This document shows positions 1 to 8,305 of a stretch of DNA of 64,000 nucleotides, in pieces. The stretch's first letter is position 1, and every line of letters begins with the position of its first letter. A model generated the notes under the pieces. The model was given only the letters and a program-made list of their open reading frames with translations. It was not told where the DNA came from and did no database searches. This DNA is from Aliarcobacter sp. (lineage in GTDB: Bacteria > Campylobacterota > Campylobacteria > Campylobacterales > Arcobacteraceae), in contig JAQTXB010000004.1 of assembly GCA_028688995.1 (NCBI GenBank), positions 35,636-99,635 on the forward strand, given 5' to 3'. Made by a program: the position numbers and the translations under genes.

Positions 1-2
1 TA

Positions 3-809
3 ATTGTAAGAAGTCAAAATATTTTGGGAAATGAAGATGAAGAAATAGCTTCAATATTTAAAAAAGAATTTTCTCAAAAAGTTGATATTGAGTTTGATAC
101 AAGTGTAAAAGATGTAGAGTATAAAAATGAACAGTTTTATATGGTTTTAGAAAATCAAGATGATAAAAAAATAGAACATCAAAGTGAAGCTTTACTTTAT
201 GCAATTGGTAGAGAATCAAACACAGATAGTTTAAATCTTGAAAATACTTCAATTCAAATCAATGAAAGAGGTTATATAAAAAGAGATGAGTTTTTTGAAA
301 CCACTGCAAAAGGTGTTTATGTGGTTGGTGATGCAGCTGGAGTTTATATGCTTCAACATGCAGCTGCTTATGAGGTAAATCATTTAGGAAAAATTTTATT
401 AGAAGATTGCAAGATACCTTTAAAATTTAAGTATATGCCCCACGGAGTTTTTACAGAACCAGAAATTGCAAGTGTGGGAATTACTGAACAAGAAGCTAAA
501 AAACAAAATATAGAGTGTGTAATAACAACTACAACTTGGCTAGCAAGTGCAAAAGCCATGTCTACAAGACTGAAATATCCAGTTACAAAATTTATAGTTA
601 ATCCAAAAAATTATGAAATTTTAGGTTGCCATATGATTGGTCCTGAAAGTTCAACAATGATACATCAAGTATTAGCAGTGATGCATATAAACAATGATAT
701 AAGACATTTAAAAGAGATGTTATATATTCATCCAGCAATGAGTGAAGCAATACTTCCAGCAGCAGTAGAGAGTGTAAAAGAGATTGAAAAATATGAATCA
801 AAAAAATAA
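3..809 (+). CDS. Pyridine nucleotide-disulfide oxidoreductase (dihydrolipoamide dehydrogenase/mycothione reductase-like), 5'-truncated by the window edge
   Basis: Frame is open from position 3; second FAD motif TTAKGVYVVGDAAG, VFTEPEIASVG and the C-terminal HPxxSE motif (YIHPAMSE). Confidence 0.85.
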   Translation: MVRSQNILGNEDEEIASIFKKEFSQKVDIEFDTSVKDVEYKNEQFYMVLENQDDKKIEHQSEALLYAIGRESNTDSLNLENTSIQINERGYIKRDEFFETTAKGVYVVGDAAGVYMLQHAAAYEVNHLGKILLEDCKIPLKFKYMPHGVFTEPEIASVGITEQEAKKQNIECVITTTTWLASAKAMSTRLKYPVTKFIVNPKNYEILGCHMIGPESSTMIHQVLAVMHINNDIRHLKEMLYIHPAMSEAILPAAVESVKEIEKYESKK

Positions 810-864
810 TGCTAAAAAATAGAATATTAATAATAAATAAAATTCATAATCAATTAACAATAAA

Positions 865-878
865 TGTATTATCATTAA
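865..878. promoter_or_regulatory. Weak copy of the TGAAT-N4-ATTCA palindrome upstream of tetR (possible autoregulatory site)
   Basis: TGTATTATCATTAA, 11/14 match to TGAATAATCATTCA, 12 bp before the SD. Confidence 0.3.
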
Positions 879-901
879 GAAATATTTTTTAAGGATAAAA
901 C

Positions 902-1495
902 ATTTCTACTACTAAAGAAAATAAAAAAAATAACATCATTCAAAATGCTTTAAAACTTTTTTCACAAAAAGGTTTTTATAACACTACAATCCCAGATATT
1001 GCAAAAGCCATGAGCATGAGTGTTGGAAATATGTATAACTATTTCTCTTCAAAAGAAGAACTTGCAAAATTTGCTATAAAATACTCTACAAATATAATAG
1101 CTGATGAGTTAAGAGAAATAAATAATATGGATCTAACATCAAAAGAAAAAATATATCTATTTGTACGAAAATATTTAGAAAATGTTCAAAAATCACCTGA
1201 AGTGATTGAGTATTTTTTAAGGGTTTATTTATCAAATAGAGAAGTATTCAAACAAGGTTGTGAAGGCTTTTTATGTGTTGGAGAGTTTGTTACTGAAGTT
1301 ATGATTTTACTTGATGATGGTGCTAGTAAAAAAGAGTTTAGAGAACAAGAATTTTTTCCTGCTTTTGGGATGATAATGGGATGTTTAGGTGGTTTTGCAT
1401 TTTTAAGCGGAGAGAGTGTTTTAGATAAAGAGTTGCTCTCTTATTCAGATGCAGTTGCAGAAAATATATATCGTGCTTTGAAGTATGATAACTAA
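902..1495 (+). CDS. TetR/AcrR family transcriptional regulator, probable ATT start (ORF track starts at 1010, inside the HTH)
   Basis: In-frame KKNNIIQNALKLFSQKGFYNTTIPDIAKAMSMSVGNMYNYFSSKEEL is a complete TetR HTH; SD AAGGA at 891-895; in-frame TAA at 896-898; no ATG/GTG/TTG between 902 and 1010. Confidence 0.9.
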   Translation: MSTTKENKKNNIIQNALKLFSQKGFYNTTIPDIAKAMSMSVGNMYNYFSSKEELAKFAIKYSTNIIADELREINNMDLTSKEKIYLFVRKYLENVQKSPEVIEYFLRVYLSNREVFKQGCEGFLCVGEFVTEVMILLDDGASKKEFREQEFFPAFGMIMGCLGGFAFLSGESVLDKELLSYSDAVAENIYRALKYDN

Positions 1496-2378
1496 AAAAA
1501 AACCAACTGTTGTATGGTTCCAAGCAATCACTTGTAATGGAAATACCCATTCACTATTAAGTGCTAACTCAAATAGATTTGAACTTTTTTTAAATAGTTT
1601 TGATTTTATATATCATCCAAGTTTGACTATTGATAAATCACTTGAAGATATACTAAATCAGAAAGAAAAAATAGACTTTTTATTAATTGAGGGTTCTATC
1701 TCTTCTAATAAAGATATATTCACAATTTGTGAAGATTCAACTTTTAATCACTTAAATCAATTAGCATCAAACGCAAATTATATTATTGCTATTGGTTCTT
1801 GTGCTTCTTATGGTGGAATTCATGCTAAATTTACTCAAAATAGTGATATAAGTGGCATAAATGATGCTATAAATGAAGAAATTCTTAAAAATCTAAAACA
1901 TCAAATCATAAATCTTACTGGTTGTCCAGTTCATCCTGAATGGATTTTACAAACTTTATTTACTCTAAAAACTTATGGACAAATAGCTTTAGATGAAATA
2001 GGGCGACCAAAGGAACTTTATAGCACTTTAGCCCATCATGGATGTACAAGAAATGAGTATTTTGAGTGGAAAGTTGAGGGTGATTTTGGACAAAAAGAGG
2101 GATGTCTTTTTTATGACCAAGGGTGTCGTGGTCCTATGACCCATAGCTCTTGCAATAAAATCTTATGGAATGATATTAGTTCAAAAACAAGAGTGGGAAT
2201 GCCTTGTGTTGGATGTACAGAAGTTGATTTCCCACGAAATGATATGTTAGAAACTAAAAAAAACATAGGAATTCCTTTTGAAGTTCCTTTAGGAATTTCA
2301 AAAAGAGCATATTTAAGTATAAGTGGAGTTGCAAAAACTTTTAAAATAGATAGACTTCATAAAAAATTAATGGAATAA
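1485..2378 (+). CDS. Cytoplasmic [NiFe]-hydrogenase small subunit, group 2d-like (no Tat signal)
   Basis: WFQAITCNGN, AIGSCASYGG, GCPVHP, HGCTRNEYF, GCLFYDQGCRGP, CVGC Fe-S motifs; no RRxFxK; no membrane anchor. Confidence 0.88.
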   Translation: MITKKKPTVVWFQAITCNGNTHSLLSANSNRFELFLNSFDFIYHPSLTIDKSLEDILNQKEKIDFLLIEGSISSNKDIFTICEDSTFNHLNQLASNANYIIAIGSCASYGGIHAKFTQNSDISGINDAINEEILKNLKHQIINLTGCPVHPEWILQTLFTLKTYGQIALDEIGRPKELYSTLAHHGCTRNEYFEWKVEGDFGQKEGCLFYDQGCRGPMTHSSCNKILWNDISSKTRVGMPCVGCTEVDFPRNDMLETKKNIGIPFEVPLGISKRAYLSISGVAKTFKIDRLHKKLME

Positions 2379-2380
2379 AA

Positions 2381-3736
2381 GTGAAAACAATAGACTTAGT
2401 GGAAAGAATTGAAGGTGAAGCAAAACTTCATTGTACTTGGGAAAATGAAAAAGTAAAAGATGCTAGAATTGATTTTTTAAATTTTAGAGGTTTTGAGTAC
2501 ATTTTAGAAGGAAAATCGCCTTTGGATGCTTTAGTTTATACTCCAAGAATTTGTGGAATTTGTGGACAAGCTCACTTAAAAGCTTGTGTTGAAGCTTTGG
2601 AAAATATTTATGAAAATATAAACGAAAAACTACAAATTACACAAAAAGCAAAACTTTTAAGGGAAATTGGTTTAAACATCGAGATAATTGATTCCCATAT
2701 AAAATGGTTTTATATGTTTATTTTACCTGATATTATAAAACTAAACTCTAATGATTTGGGAATTTATACTCCATTAAAAGGCACACGATGGATGGAAGCT
2801 CAAAAAAGTGCTAGTGAAACCATAAAAGCTCTAGCAGTGATTGGTGGACAATGGCCACACACTTCATATATGATTCCAGGTGGAGTTATGAGTGATCCTA
2901 CAAAACTTGACTTAATTATGATGCAAAACTATCTTCAAACTGCAATTAGTTTTTTTGAAAATTCAATAAGTGGAGTTTCTTTAGAGAATTATCTAGCTTT
3001 TGATAGTGTTGATAATTTGGAAAATTTAAATGGTGATTTGAGATATTTTAAAGATTTATCTTTTAAATATTCTTTAGAAAAGTATGGAAAATCTTATGAT
3101 AGATTTATAACGTTAGCAGAATCAACTCTATTTAAAAGTGGAAAAATAAAACAAAGATTGGTTCATAAATTGGATTTTTCAAAAATAGTTGAAGATAATA
3201 GTTCTACTTTTTCTATAAATAAAGAAGAGAATAATACAAAAAAACATACTTGGTCAAAATCTGTATCTTATGATGAACATTTTTTTGAAACTGGACCACT
3301 TGCAAGGGCGATTATTTCAAATAGAAAATTCATCAAAGATATTCATAAATCTTTTGAAGATTCATCATTTACTAGAATTCTCTCAAGAATTGATGAAATG
3401 GCACATCTACTTTTCGAAACTAATAATTTGATTTCTCAAATTGATATTTTAGAACTTTCATATATCAAACCAAAAATTTCTTTAAAAGATATAGTTGATG
3501 CAAAGGGTATGTCAGTTGTTGAAGCTTGTCGAGGTTCTTTATTACATAATATTACTATTGAAAAAGGTTTAATAAAATCTTATGATGTGATAACTCCAAC
3601 AGTTTGGAACTTAGGCCCACAAAATAAAACTCAAAAAGGAATAGCTCAAAAGGCAATTATTGGCTCACCAAATATTGAAATTGCTAAAATTGTTTTAAGA
3701 AGTTTTGATGTTTGTTCTGTTTGTACAACTCATTAA
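2381..3736 (+). CDS. Cytoplasmic [NiFe]-hydrogenase large subunit, group 2d-like, no C-terminal extension
   Basis: RIEGE, L1 PRICGICG, EACRGSLLH, L2 RSFDVCSVCTTH ending directly at the stop; GTG start. Confidence 0.9.
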   Translation: MKTIDLVERIEGEAKLHCTWENEKVKDARIDFLNFRGFEYILEGKSPLDALVYTPRICGICGQAHLKACVEALENIYENINEKLQITQKAKLLREIGLNIEIIDSHIKWFYMFILPDIIKLNSNDLGIYTPLKGTRWMEAQKSASETIKALAVIGGQWPHTSYMIPGGVMSDPTKLDLIMMQNYLQTAISFFENSISGVSLENYLAFDSVDNLENLNGDLRYFKDLSFKYSLEKYGKSYDRFITLAESTLFKSGKIKQRLVHKLDFSKIVEDNSSTFSINKEENNTKKHTWSKSVSYDEHFFETGPLARAIISNRKFIKDIHKSFEDSSFTRILSRIDEMAHLLFETNNLISQIDILELSYIKPKISLKDIVDAKGMSVVEACRGSLLHNITIEKGLIKSYDVITPTVWNLGPQNKTQKGIAQKAIIGSPNIEIAKIVLRSFDVCSVCTTH

Positions 3737-3750
3737 TGAATAATCATTCA
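3737..3750. promoter_or_regulatory. Palindromic operator candidate in the hydA upstream region
   Basis: (A)TGAATAATCATTCA(T); weaker copies at 3937-3950 and 3959-3972. Confidence 0.55.
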
Positions 3751-3802
3751 TAAAAAAGTGTATATAAGTAACAAGTTTAAAAAAATATTAGATTAATATC
3801 TT

Positions 3803-3829
3803 CTTAGGTAATTTTAGAACAAAAATTAT
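3803..3829 (+). promoter_or_regulatory. Asymmetric 27-bp box upstream of hydA, followed by a -10 (TAAAAT 3840-3845)
   Basis: CTTAGGTAATTTTAGAACAAAAATTAT is 26/27 identical to the reverse complement of 39687-39713. Confidence 0.65.
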
Positions 3830-3991
3830 TTAACCACCATAAAATCATTGAATAAAATCTTTTTTATAAAAATATGAGCATAAATGCTATCTTAAAGCTA
3901 TTTTAGGGCATTTTAAATTAAGTGAATAATAAGTTTTGAATTGTTATTTTACAATAAGTAAATGAACATTCATTTTTAAGGAGTAAGAGGT

Positions 3992-5227
3992 ATGATTGAT
4001 TCGCAAGATATGGTAAAAAAAGTTTTTACCCAAAAATCAGGGAAAGTGGAAACAAATAAGGGTGAAGAGTATTATAACTCATTATTTGAAAAAGTAAAAG
4101 ACCGTTTATCAATGTTAAAAGCGCAACCAGCACTTAAAGATATTGATATGATGGATGTAATAGAGAGTGAAGGTGTAAATAGAAGAGATTTCTTAAAGTG
4201 GGTTAGTGCTACAACTGCTACACTTATGTTACCTCCTATGTTTGCTCCATTAGTTGCTGAAGCTACTGAACTTATGAATAGAGTTCCAGTTATTTGGATT
4301 GAATTACAAGATTGTGCTGGAAATTCTGAAGCACTTTTAAGAAGTTCAGCTCCAACAGTTGACGACTTATTATTTGATGTTTTAAGTTTAGAGTACCATG
4401 AAACTTTACAAGCTTGTGCTGGACATGATGCTGATAAACAATTAGAAGAAGCAGTTGAGCATTTTAAAGGTAAATATTTACTTTTTGTTGAAGGTGCAAT
4501 TCCAATGGCTATGAATGGCCAATATGGAACAATTGGTGCTATGGGTGAAACATTCCATGATCATCTTGTAAGAATGGCAAAAGATTCAGCTGCTGTTGTA
4601 GCTGTTGGAACTTGTGCTACATTTGGTGGGATTCCAGCTGCTGCTCCAAATCCAACTGGTGCTGTTGGAGTTATGGATATAGTAAAAGGTAAACCAATTA
4701 TCAATATTCCAGCATGTCCTGCAAATCCTGCAAATATGGTTGGAGTTGTTTTACATTATGTTTTAACTGGTCAAATTCCAGAACTTGATTCACTTTTAAG
4801 ACCAAAATTTGCATTTGGTTATAGAATCCATGATAATTGTGAGAGAAGAGCTCACTTTGATGCTGGTGAATTCGTAGAAGAGTGGGGAGATGAAGGGGCT
4901 AAAAACAACTTCTGTTTATATAAAGTTGGTTGTAAAGGTCCAATGACATTTAATAACTGCTCAATTATTAGATATAACGAAGGTACTAACTGGCCAATTG
5001 GTGTAGGACGAGGATGTATTGGATGTTCTGAGCCACAATTCTGGGATAAATATGCTTATGAAAGACCAATGGCAGATGCAAAAATCAAAGCACCAACTGG
5101 TGGAGTTGAAAAAACTGTAGATGAGTTTGGTTTAGGATTATTAACAGCGACAGCTATTGGTATAGGAGTTCATGCAGTGGCATCAGCAGTTGCAGGAAAA
5201 AAATCAAATGAAGGGGAAGATAAATAA
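3992..5227 (+). CDS. hydA: Membrane-bound H2-uptake [NiFe]-hydrogenase small subunit (group 1b-like), Tat-exported, C-terminal anchor
   Basis: NRRDFLKW Tat motif at residues 63-70; ELQDCAGNSE; CPANP; CERRAHF; CLYKVGCKGP; GCIGC; C-terminal TM helix. Confidence 0.95.
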   Translation: MIDSQDMVKKVFTQKSGKVETNKGEEYYNSLFEKVKDRLSMLKAQPALKDIDMMDVIESEGVNRRDFLKWVSATTATLMLPPMFAPLVAEATELMNRVPVIWIELQDCAGNSEALLRSSAPTVDDLLFDVLSLEYHETLQACAGHDADKQLEEAVEHFKGKYLLFVEGAIPMAMNGQYGTIGAMGETFHDHLVRMAKDSAAVVAVGTCATFGGIPAAAPNPTGAVGVMDIVKGKPIINIPACPANPANMVGVVLHYVLTGQIPELDSLLRPKFAFGYRIHDNCERRAHFDAGEFVEEWGDEGAKNNFCLYKVGCKGPMTFNNCSIIRYNEGTNWPIGVGRGCIGCSEPQFWDKYAYERPMADAKIKAPTGGVEKTVDEFGLGLLTATAIGIGVHAVASAVAGKKSNEGEDK

Positions 5228-6969
5228 TGGCAAATAAACACTTAGTAATTGATCCAATTACAAGAATTGAAGGACATCTTAGAATTGAAGCAATTATAGA
5301 TGAAAACAATACTGTAGTAGATGCTTATTCTTCATCAACAATGTTTAGAGGGATTGAAGAGATTTTAAAAGGAAGAGACCCAAGAGATTGTGGTCTATTA
5401 GCAATGAGAATTTGTGGAGTTTGTACAGGAACTCACTATCAAAGAAGTATTGAAGCAGTTGAACATGCGTTTAAAATTACTATTCCTAAAAATGCAAGAT
5501 TAGTAAGAAACCTTATTCAAGGTGCTTTATATGTACATGACCATATTGTTCATTTCTATCATTTACATGCACTTGACTGGGTTGATATTACAGAAGCTTT
5601 AAAAGCTGATCCAAAAGCAACAGTTGCAGAAGCTCAAAAATGGGCAGCAGTTTCAGGTCACAGACCATGGAATGCAACAGAAGATGTTTATGCACAAGTT
5701 CAAGAAAGAGTAACAAGATATGTAAAACAAGGAAGACTTGGAATCTTTGGAAACGCATATTGGGGAAGTAAAGGATTTAAACTAACTCCTGAGCAAAACT
5801 TAATTGGACTTTCTCACTATTTAGATGCTTTAGAATTACAAAGAGATTTAGCAAAAATGATGGCTATTTTTGGTGGAAAAAATCCACATCCACAATCATT
5901 TGTTGTAGGTGGAGTAACTTGTGTTCAAGATATTAAAAATCCTGCAAGAATTGCTGAATTTAAGCAAATTCTAAAAAGAGGTCAAAAATTCACTAAAGAA
6001 GCATATTTACCAGATGTTTATATGGCTGGAACAATGTATGCTGGTGAAGCATTAGAAGGAATTGGTGGTGGTTTAGGAAACTATATGTGTTATGGAGACT
6101 TTAGACTTGATGATACACCATTCTATGAAGCAGCAAAATTATTCCCATCAGGAATTGTAAAAAACAAAGATTTATCAAAAGTATTTGATATTGACCAAAC
6201 AAAAATTACAGAAGATGTTACTCATGCTTGGTATGAAGGTAATACAAATTTACATCCATTTGAAGGTGTTACTAAACCTGCATATACTGGTTTTGGTAAA
6301 AAAGAAGACAATATTGCTTATCTTGATACAACTAAAAAATATTCTTGGATTAAATCTCCATTATATGATGACGAAAGAATGGAAGTTGGACCACTAGCTA
6401 GAATGATAGTAGGTGTTGCACGTGGTGATGAGAGAATTTCTAAATATGTAACAACATTCTTAAAAAACGGAAACTTACCAACAGCTGTATTATTTTCAAC
6501 AGTTGGTAGAACTGCAGCTCGTGCAATTGAAACAGAACTTATGGTTGATGTTATGATGGAATGGGTTGATGAATTAGCTTCAAATGTAGCCCATGGAGAT
6601 TTATCAACATGGACTGAATTTAATTTTGAGAATGTTTCAAAAGAGGCTCAAGGTTATGGAATGGCTGAAGCTCCAAGAGGTGGTTTAGGACATTGGATTA
6701 AAATCAAAGATGGAAAAGTAATAAATTATCAAGCGGTAGTTCCATCAACTTGGAATGCAGCTCCAAGAGATTATAAAGGAAGAATGGGTGCTTATGAATC
6801 AGCATTAATTGGTACAAAAGTAGCAAATGTGGATCAACCACTTGAGATTTTAAGAACAATCCATAGTTTTGACCCTTGTATTGCTTGTGCTGTACATATT
6901 GTTGACACAAAAGGTAAAGAATTAGGTGTTTATAAAGTAGATCCAATTGGAGGAACAAGCCGTGCCTAA
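5227..6969 (+). CDS. hydB: [NiFe]-hydrogenase large subunit
   Basis: DPITRIEGH, L1 RICGVC, L2 DPCIACAVH followed by a cleavable C-terminal extension. Confidence 0.97.
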   Translation: MANKHLVIDPITRIEGHLRIEAIIDENNTVVDAYSSSTMFRGIEEILKGRDPRDCGLLAMRICGVCTGTHYQRSIEAVEHAFKITIPKNARLVRNLIQGALYVHDHIVHFYHLHALDWVDITEALKADPKATVAEAQKWAAVSGHRPWNATEDVYAQVQERVTRYVKQGRLGIFGNAYWGSKGFKLTPEQNLIGLSHYLDALELQRDLAKMMAIFGGKNPHPQSFVVGGVTCVQDIKNPARIAEFKQILKRGQKFTKEAYLPDVYMAGTMYAGEALEGIGGGLGNYMCYGDFRLDDTPFYEAAKLFPSGIVKNKDLSKVFDIDQTKITEDVTHAWYEGNTNLHPFEGVTKPAYTGFGKKEDNIAYLDTTKKYSWIKSPLYDDERMEVGPLARMIVGVARGDERISKYVTTFLKNGNLPTAVLFSTVGRTAARAIETELMVDVMMEWVDELASNVAHGDLSTWTEFNFENVSKEAQGYGMAEAPRGGLGHWIKIKDGKVINYQAVVPSTWNAAPRDYKGRMGAYESALIGTKVANVDQPLEILRTIHSFDPCIACAVHIVDTKGKELGVYKVDPIGGTSRA

Positions 6970-7666
6970 CATTAAAGAGGTTAAAAGAATGACAGGAACT
7001 ATGCGAATCATACATTGGGCTAATGCTATATGTATGGTAGTTGCTGTTATAACCGGTTTATATATAGGTCACCCTTATTACCAATCATTTATTGCTGATC
7101 CTGCTGTGGATAAGTATGTAATGGCATGGAATAGATGGGGGCATTTTATAGTTGCAATTATCTTTGATGTAACTGCTGTAATAATTGGTTATTTATATTT
7201 CTTTTCAAGATTTGAAAAACCATATAAAAAACTAATACCAACTATAAAAAATATAGTTGAATTTTGTGAAGTATTCTTAAATCTAATTACTTTTAATAGA
7301 AGAAAGAAATTTGATTCATCACATAGTGATAGTTATAATATTGTATTTTTCACAATATTCCATCTATTATTAATATTTATGTTATTTACTGGACTTCAAC
7401 TTTATGTTCATGGTTTAGCATCAGGTGAGAGTTCTATTGGATCTTGGTGGCCTTGGATGCTTCACTTTACAACTGATTGGACTTTAAATGTATTTGGTGG
7501 AAATATGGGTGTTAGAATTGCTCATCATACATCAATGTATTTAATTCTAGTTTGGGTAATGTGTCATATTTATTATCAAATCTGGAGAACAATCTTCTGG
7601 AAAGAGGGTGACATTGCTATTGTCATTGGCGGAAGTAAGTTTGTAAGAGAAGAAGAAAAAAAATAG
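6947..7666 (+). CDS. hydC: Hydrogenase cytochrome b subunit
   Basis: RIIHWANA, RWGHF, RIAHH His ligands in TM helices; follows hydB. Confidence 0.93.
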   Translation: MEEQAVPNIKEVKRMTGTMRIIHWANAICMVVAVITGLYIGHPYYQSFIADPAVDKYVMAWNRWGHFIVAIIFDVTAVIIGYLYFFSRFEKPYKKLIPTIKNIVEFCEVFLNLITFNRRKKFDSSHSDSYNIVFFTIFHLLLIFMLFTGLQLYVHGLASGESSIGSWWPWMLHFTTDWTLNVFGGNMGVRIAHHTSMYLILVWVMCHIYYQIWRTIFWKEGDIAIVIGGSKFVREEEKK

Positions 7667-7673
7667 AGAAAAC

Positions 7674-7693
7674 AAGGGGCGAAAGCCCCTTTT
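7674..7693 (+). terminator. Intrinsic terminator between hydC and hydD
   Basis: AAGGGGC-GAAA-GCCCCTT followed by a short T run. Confidence 0.7.
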
Positions 7694-7711
7694 CATTTAA
7701 AGGTGTAATTT

Positions 7712-8305
7712 ATGAAAAAAAGAAATATTGTAATTGGTGTTGGAAATATGCTTTTTAAAGATGAAGGTATTGGTATTTACGCTTCTGAGTATATTAGTCA
7801 AAATTACGAGTTCGATGATAAAGATTTAGAGATAATTGATGGTGGGACATTAGGGTTTAAACTAATGGCATATTTTCAAGAGTATGACAATGTTATTATT
7901 TTAGATACTGTGTCTATTGAAGATGAGATAGGAGGAATTTATAGACTTCCATCTGATGTACTTTTAGGATTAGGAAACTACAGAAAAACAGCCCATGAGG
8001 TTGAAATTGTAGAGATGTTAGAAATAGTTTCTGTTTTAGATTCTCATGCAAATGTAACAATAATAGGGATAATTCCAAAAGATATTGAAAGTGTTCAAAT
8101 AGGGCTTACAAATGAGATGGAAGATAAATTTGAAGAGTTTATTTTAAATGGTATAAAAGAGATAGAAAGTCTTGGAATTAAAGCTACAAAAGTAAATGAT
8201 ATAAAAATTAGTGATGTAGTAAAAAGCATGATAGGAAGTTATAATGGTGAACATTTAACAAGAATCCCAAATGAAGAAGATTTTACCCATGCAATTAATT
8301 TATAA
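7712..8305 (+). CDS. hydD: Hydrogenase maturation endopeptidase
   Basis: IGVGNMLFKDEGIG, IIDGGTLG, KTAHEV motifs of the HyaD/HybD family. Confidence 0.95.
   Translation: MKKRNIVIGVGNMLFKDEGIGIYASEYISQNYEFDDKDLEIIDGGTLGFKLMAYFQEYDNVIILDTVSIEDEIGGIYRLPSDVLLGLGNYRKTAHEVEIVEMLEIVSVLDSHANVTIIGIIPKDIESVQIGLTNEMEDKFEEFILNGIKEIESLGIKATKVNDIKISDVVKSMIGSYNGEHLTRIPNEEDFTHAINL

Noticed and set aside
3751-3991. Sigma-54 promoter for hydA, or Helicobacter-type NikR boxes
   Set aside because: No TGGCAC-N5-TTGC or TATWATT-N11-AATWATA match was found by eye here or upstream of the Ni transporter and hypB
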